DNA of 39,075 nucleotides from NCBI RefSeq assembly GCF_001194135.2, contig NC_068998.1, positions 18,275,132-18,314,206 of the forward strand, given 5' to 3'. Position 1 is the stretch's first letter. Each line of letters begins with the position of its first letter. This document shows, piece by piece, positions 33,706 through 39,075 of this stretch. The notes beneath the pieces were generated by a model. It did no database searches and was not told where the DNA came from. It saw only the letters and a program-made list of their open reading frames with translations. The DNA is from Octopus bimaculoides. Its lineage: Eukaryota. Made by a program: the position numbers and the translations under genes.

Positions 33706-34032
33706 TACCGCCTGACTGGCCTTCGTAGGATTTTCGAGCGAGATTGTTGCTAGTGCCCCTGGACTGGCTCTTGTGCGGGTGGCACATAAAATACACCATT
33801 TTGAGCGTGGCCATTGCCAGTACCGCCTGACTGGCCTTCGTGCGGGTGACACGTAAAAGCACCCACTACACTCTCTGAGTGGTTGGCGTTAGGAAGGGTA
33901 TTCCAGCTGTAGAAACTCTGCCAAATCAGATTGGAGCCTGGTGTTGCCATCCGGTTTCACCAGTTCTCAGTCAAATCGTCCAACCCATGCTAGCATGGAA
34001 AGCGGACGTTAAACGACGACGATGATGATGAT
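33706..34032 (+). mobile_element. Family C, young copy with upstream hairpin repeat units
   Basis: ATTGCCAGTACCGCCTGACTGGCCTTCGT occurs twice, then the conserved 3' end and (GAT)n. Confidence 0.88.
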
Positions 34033-34035
34033 TAT

Positions 34036-34276
34036 TAAGGCGGTGAGCTGGCAGAGTCGTTAGCACGCTGGGCAAAATGCTTAGCAGTATTTTGCCCGTT
34101 GCTACATTCTGAGTTCAAATTTCGCCAAGATTGACTTTGCATTTCATCCTTTTGGGGTCGATAAATTAAGTACCAGTTGAGTACTGGGGTTGATATAATC
34201 AACTATTCCCCTCCCCCAAATTTCAGGCCTTGTGCCTATAGTAGAAAGGATTATTATTATTATTATTATTATTATT
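34036..34276 (+). mobile_element. SINE family B
   Basis: AAGGCGGTGAGCTGGCAGAG..CCTATAGTAGAAAGG(ATT)n. Confidence 0.88.
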
Positions 34277-34512
34277 AGGCAGTGAGATGGCAGAAGCATT
34301 AACATGCCGGGCAAAATGCTTAGCGGCATTTCGTCCATCTTTACATACTGAGTCCAAAATTATGCCAAGGTGAACTTTGCCTTTCATCTTTTCAGGATCA
34401 ATAAAAAAAAGGACCAATTGAGCCCTGGGGTTGGTGTAATCAACTAGCACCTGCTTCCCTCAAACATGCTGGCCTTGTGCCAAAACTTGAAATCATCATT
34501 ATTATTATTATT
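34277..34512 (+). mobile_element. SINE family B
   Basis: Starts in the (ATT)n tail of the previous copy. Confidence 0.85.
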
Positions 34513-35237
34513 TCTTCTGTATTTTTCTCATTCTCTCTCACTTAAATTTTTCGTAGTCATACTTAAAAAAACACAAAAATAGTTTTAAGAATAATATCTG
34601 GTGTATTTACGAAAAAAGGGTGGTGGGGTAAAATAGTATATACTTCAGTATAATGTCTAGATGTAGATGAACAAGCAACACTTAATTGTTTTATATTCAC
34701 TTTTACTATGTTACCACCAAGATTTTTTTAAAATTTATTTGGTTATCTTTTTTTTTAAATTTGAATATTTCTATATCTGTTGATGCAATACCCAGCCACC
34801 CACCCAAAAAAGAAAAAAGAAAAGAAAAAATAAGAAAGAAGGAATGAACAAAAAAGACAGGGATTCTGAATGCCATATTGTAGGCAACCTCTAATGATGG
34901 GAACTGTAAAAAAATAAAAAAATAAAAAACTGATACAAAGTAGAGGTAACTCTTCAATCCTGCTACAAACTAAATGTCTGCTTGGCAAATGCCTTTCAGA
35001 TCCGTTTCTGTTAAAAATACAGAGATATCTATTGCTTGGGATGTTTCTTTCGTTGTTGATTTTAGGTATAGGTCAGTCATTCTGGTTGAGAGCTTATAGC
35101 TAGTTGATTATATAAATTATCTGGTGCTGGTGGTACAATAAAAACACTTCTGTTCTATATTTAAGAAATGAGGAATTATGTACATTTTTTACATTATTTC
35201 CATTTGACGGATGTTTGTCCTCATCTTGTTTGTTGTT

Positions 35238-35283
35238 AACCCAACGTTTCAGCTGATATACCCTCCAGCCTTCATCAGGTGTC
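35238..35283 (-). ncRNA. Minimal type I hammerhead ribozyme motif with intact core, P2 left arm
   Basis: GACAC-CTGATGA-A-GGCTG-gagggtatat-CAGCT-GAAA-C-GTT-GGGTT. Palindromic AACGTT in place of stem III; stem I has one mismatch. Confidence 0.7.
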
Positions 35284-35490
35284 TTGGGGAAATTTCGAAC
35301 CTGGGTTCTCATTCCTAAGGTATTTTTCGATGTTATTATTATTATTATTCAGGTCACTGCTTGGAATTGAACTCAAAATCTTGGGGTTAGTAGCCTGCGC
35401 TTTTAACCACTATGCCATATGCCCATGGGTGTAATGGTTAAGAGCACAGGCTACTAACCCCAAGTTTCCGAGTTTGATTCCAAGCAGTGA

Positions 35491-35558
<68 letters not shown>

Positions 35559-35605
35559 TCGAAAAATACTTTAGGAATGAGAACCCAGGTTCAAAATTTC
35601 CCCAA

Positions 35606-35651
35606 GACACCTGATGAAGGCTAGAGGGTATATCAGCCAAAACGTTGTGTT
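35606..35651 (+). ncRNA. Degenerate minimal hammerhead motif, P2 right arm
   Basis: GACAC-CTGATGA-A-GGCTA..CAGCC-AAAA-C-GTT-GTGTT. Stem I GACAC/GTGTT is intact; G12 changed to A. Confidence 0.6.
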
Positions 35652-35807
35652 AACAAAAAACAAGATGAGGATAAATATCTGTCAAATGTAAATAATGTAA
35701 ATGAAAATACCTCTTATCTACATCATAAAAACTGGTGATTTTTTTAAGACTCATGTAACTCATGACGACCTTGAATTCTTATTTTTAAGAATGAAACTAG
35801 AATGTTA

Positions 35808-35990
35808 TCATCATCATCATCATCATCTTTATAATCATCTTAATATTTTACTGCTTTTTTTATGCTGGCATGCATTGGATGAAACTCACTGAGACAGCTG
35901 AATGCCCTTCCTAACACCAACAGTGCAGTGGGTGCTTTTTACATTCCAGTGGCACAGGTGCCAGTCATGAAACACCGGCCTCGGTCACCA
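35808..35990 (-). mobile_element. Family C, decayed
   Basis: (CAT)n, ATGCTGGCATG, AATGCCCTTCCTAACACCAAC, GTGGGTGCTTTTTAC. Confidence 0.6.
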
Positions 35991-36141
35991 CTATGATTTA
36001 AATGAGTTAACTTCCCCTACATCATTTTTCAACAAAAATTTCTAAAAAATTCTGGTAACGATCTACTCATGTGATTAACACACCCACTAAAGTTTATTTT
36101 TGTTTTTGCAAAAAAATTGCATAATTACATGGGTTTTTATG

Positions 36142-36189
<48 letters not shown>

Positions 36190-36284
36190 TATCCAACCCA
36201 TACCAGCATGAAACATAGACGTTAAATCATGATAATAATGATAATATATGATGATACATGTGTACACAAACACACACACACACA

Positions 36285-36400
36285 CACACATATATATACA
36301 GCACAGTTTCTGTTGACCAAATTCTAAAGTTCCACTCACAAAGCATTGGTTAACCCAAGTCTATAAGAGAATACACCTGCACACATGGAAAACAAACACT
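36285..36400 (-). mobile_element. SINE family A, decayed fragment
   Basis: CAGTTTCTG..CCACTCACAAAGCATTGG. Confidence 0.5.
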
Positions 36401-36495
36401 GACGATGATTTGATGGGATTAATACCAAAATAAAATTGAGCATTCAATATTTCTGCATAGACATAGCTTGGAAGAGTGAGAAAACAATAAAATAC

Positions 36496-36609
36496 CTATT
36501 AATGGGTTGTCTCGAACATCAAGCACCACCAGTGTGGTGTTATATTGCAACATTTTATTCATTGCTTTGCCTCCAAAATTTGAGATTCCACAGTTCTGCA
36601 TATCTAAAG
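36496..36609 (-). CDS. CEP78: CEP78 exon, LRR region; first exon visible in the window
   Basis: tttacag|CT...ATAG|gtattt, 114 nt, phase 1 to 1. Encodes [38 protein letters not shown], matching recalled human CEP78 [37 protein letters not shown]. Confidence 0.93.
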
Positions 36610-36699
36610 CTGTAAATAAAATAAAACAAAACACAATAAAATGATGTCTGTAAATATATTGTGAGGTGTGACAGGTTAATAACTTCTGAATGTAAGGCA

Positions 36700-36908
36700 G
36701 CAAGCTAGCCGAATCTTTAGCATGCCAGGCATAATACTTAGTGGCATTTTGTCTGTCTTTATGTGCTGGTTCAAATTCCACCAGAGTCAACGTTACCTTT
36801 CATCCATTTGGGGGTCAATAAAACAAGTACCAGAATGGGGTCGATGCAATCAATTTTCAGCCCTTCCCAAAATTTGCTGGCCTTGTGCCAAAATTTGATC
36901 CAATAATT
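36700..36908 (+). mobile_element. SINE family B
   Basis: About 90 bp upstream (in transcript direction) of the CEP78 LRR exon acceptor. Confidence 0.75.
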
Positions 36909-36963
36909 TCTGGATGTATTGAAATGAATTGATAAAAGTCTACAATTATTAGAGAATTTATTC

Positions 36964-37082
36964 AAGGGTTGGCTGAAAAGTTCATGGGCTGACCAAGATG
37001 TTCTCATGGAATGTGACTAAATGAGGTTTATTTTTCAACATAATCCACCCCCACTGTGGTTCACACACTTCTTCCCACAGTG
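36964..37082 (+). mobile_element. 5' fragment of a second mariner-like element
   Basis: Begins CAAGGGTTGGCTGAAAAGTTCAT, like irritans/Hsmar2-type TIRs, followed by a TTTTTCAACATAATCC..CACACACTTCTTCC leader typical of such elements (recalled). Confidence 0.45.
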
Positions 37083-37504
37083 GAAGTCCTAGTAACACAA
37101 CAGGCAGTTCTGTAAGCCTTACCATGCCTATTTGAGATAACTATACCTGACGTATCATGTAATGTTGCTTCTAGTTGCTGTTTCAAGTATAACAAGAATC
37201 TTCCACTATTTTTTAAAATTGTTCAGAGAAATTAATTTATGCTTTGTTCATTCTTGTTTATATTCTTAAGACTAAGAGACTATCTTCAGACATGGTGTTC
37301 CAGAATGTCTTTTCTTTTTTTTTTTTTTGTTTGGTGGGGAAGAAATTCCTCAGGTCCAAAGCTTCCAGCTATTTTGTCACATGGGTAAAATTACCCCATT
37401 GGTAATAGCCTTAAAGTTTGGCCTTGATGTTATGTGTACTCAAGATGACCCTCCCACCACAACAGAGTACTCAAGAACACCTGCCCATCATAACAGAACA
37501 GAGA

Positions 37505-37845
37505 TCCTAAAACCAAGGTGCCACATAAAAAACACATGTGTGGGTGCTGGTGCCATGTAAAAAGCACTGGTGATGGTGCCACATAAAAAGCACTGGTGAT
37601 GGTGCCACATAAAAAGTACTGGTGATGGTGTCACATAAAAAGCACTGGTGATGGTGCCACTTAAAAATTCCCTGGTACACTCTGTGGAGTGATCACCATT
37701 AGGAAGGGCATCCAACCATGGAAATACAGCCAAAATAGACTATGGAACCAGATGTGTGCTCCTGACCTTGCCAGTTCCTGTCAAGCTGTCCAACCCATGC
37801 CAGCATAGAAAACAGACGTTAAATGTTGATGACGATGATGATGCT
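37505..37845 (+). mobile_element. Family C with an expanded 26-bp tandem repeat
   Basis: Five units GGTGATGGTGCCACATAAAAAGCACT at 37543-37672, then AGGAAGGGCATCC..(GAT)n. Confidence 0.8.
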
Positions 37846-38143
37846 ACGTGTGCATGTACGTGTGTGCGTACACAAAAATGTCATCACTGACCAGAGAGAT
37901 GTTGGCATTATTTATACTAGCAGTATTCTCAATGGAATTATCATTAATATTCTTCGTCTATTCTTTTGTAATATGTGTCTGAGCGAATAAATATTTACTT
38001 ATGCTTTCTTGTGTATATTGTATGTGTATGACAGTCTTGTTTTTGCAATATTTTCTTTTGAGAGGCTTAGGTCAAAATTTTTATAATCATTTTTTAACGT
38101 AGACAACATGAAAAATATAAAATTTATCTAAAAATATTGGCAA

Positions 38144-38188
<45 letters not shown>

Positions 38189-38439
38189 TGTCATCCCTGT
38201 ATGTGTAGACTCCAAGCTTTCCAAGTAAGTTTTTATTATATATTGTAATATTGATCTATTATTATGATGACACATATAAAGATATGATATACACACGTAA
38301 ATGATATGCAGACAGGTAATAAAGAAAAAAGGTAAATGGACAGGCTTATCTAATCAATAAAAGCTATTTCATGTAGTAATTATCCTTTCTTCAAAGAGTT
38401 TCTTGAGAACAATACTTGACTAGGTCAGCATTGAATAAT

Positions 38440-38665
38440 AATGACAATAATCCTTTCTACTATAGGCACAAGGCCTGAAATTTGGCGGGAGAGGACTAGT
38501 CGATTACATCGAGCCCAGAGTTTCACTTGGTGCTTAATTTATCAAGTCCAAAAGGATGAAAAGCAAAGTTGACCTAGGCAGAATTTGAACTCAGACCATT
38601 AAAAATGGATGAAATGTCATGATTCTGTGTGCTAACAATTCTGCCAACTCACCACCTCAATAATA
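38440..38665 (-). mobile_element. SINE family B
   Basis: Collinear in reverse; (TAA)n on both sides. Confidence 0.8.
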
Positions 38666-38692
38666 ATATTCATAATAATAATAATAATACTA

Positions 38693-39075
38693 ACAACCAC
38701 AGAAACAACAGGCAATATCACTGAGTTAAATGACATAATATATGCGGCAGCCACTGCAGCCACAAAAGAAGCAGGATACTCACTCAAACCCATCCGAACA
38801 GGAGTTCTACCAAACAGACCTTGTGGATAAATAACATCCAGAACAAAATTAAAAAAAAGAGAAAAGATTTATCGATTCTCAACGAAATTAGTAAACAATC
38901 AACACTACTAAGTAACAAGAAGAAAACAAAAATACTGTACAAATACAGCATTACAGAAAAAGATTTACCTGAGGCAAAAGAAAAACTAAAGCAAGACATC
39001 CTTGCCAAAGCACAAAGGATCCGCCGGTATGAGAAACGCCAATGTTTCTTTGAACAAAACAAACAGTTCAAATCC
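38693..39075 (+). mobile_element. Dong/R4-clade non-LTR retrotransposon fragment (5' truncated, runs off the window end, one frameshift near 38820)
   Basis: ELNDIIYAAATA...//WINNIQNKIKKKRKDLSIL...EKLKQDILAKAQRIRRYEKRQCFFEQNKQF matches the LKQKLxAKAQRxRRYEKR..QNxLF motif upstream of R4/Dong RT. This frame is absent from the ORF track, which lists only an antisense ORF here. Confidence 0.8.

Larger units (their letters stand above)
35152..35699. mobile_element. Palindromic tRNA-headed, hammerhead-bearing element, copy P2 (opposite orientation to P1)
   Basis: Inverted arms around spacer ATATGCCCATG (35417-35427), the reverse complement of the P1 spacer. Degenerate TSD AATAAAAACACTTCT 35137-35151 versus AATGAAAATACCTCT 35700-35714 (12/15 identical). 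Confidence 0.85.

Noticed and set aside
12065-36908. Excess of SINE B copies antisense to CEP78 (about 13 of 18)
   Set aside because: Copies are clustered and not independent (12.7-13.4 kb, 33-34.5 kb), and the sample is too small.
37517-37672. Regular 26-bp repeats as a CRISPR-like array
   Set aside because: The repeats are contiguous with no unique spacers, lie inside an RTE-type 3' UTR, and the context is eukaryotic.

Overview
AT-rich, microsatellite-rich animal genomic DNA, most likely octopus. The organism is inferred from the SINE/RTE repeat families, not verified. There are three N gaps. One protein-coding gene is supportable: the 3' part of a CEP78 orthologue on the minus strand. Nine GT-AG exons between 36609 and 2774 join in frame; the 5' exons lie beyond the window end. 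The introns are packed with repeats: three tRNA-derived SINE families, RTE 3' ends and ORF relics, a Dong/R4 fragment, mariner relics, TTAA-flanked piggyBac-type MITEs and a long inverted repeat. The most unusual structure occurs twice (1954-2466 and 35152-35699). It is a ~0.5 kb palindromic element with target-site duplications, whose two outward-pointing arms each read tRNA-like Pol III head, (AAT)n, then a minimal type I hammerhead ribozyme motif. A second, separate tandem pair of hammerhead-like motifs with the U3-A8 core variant sits at 31902-32276. Family names come from recalled consensus features; no database search was run, and repeat boundaries are approximate unless a TSD is given.
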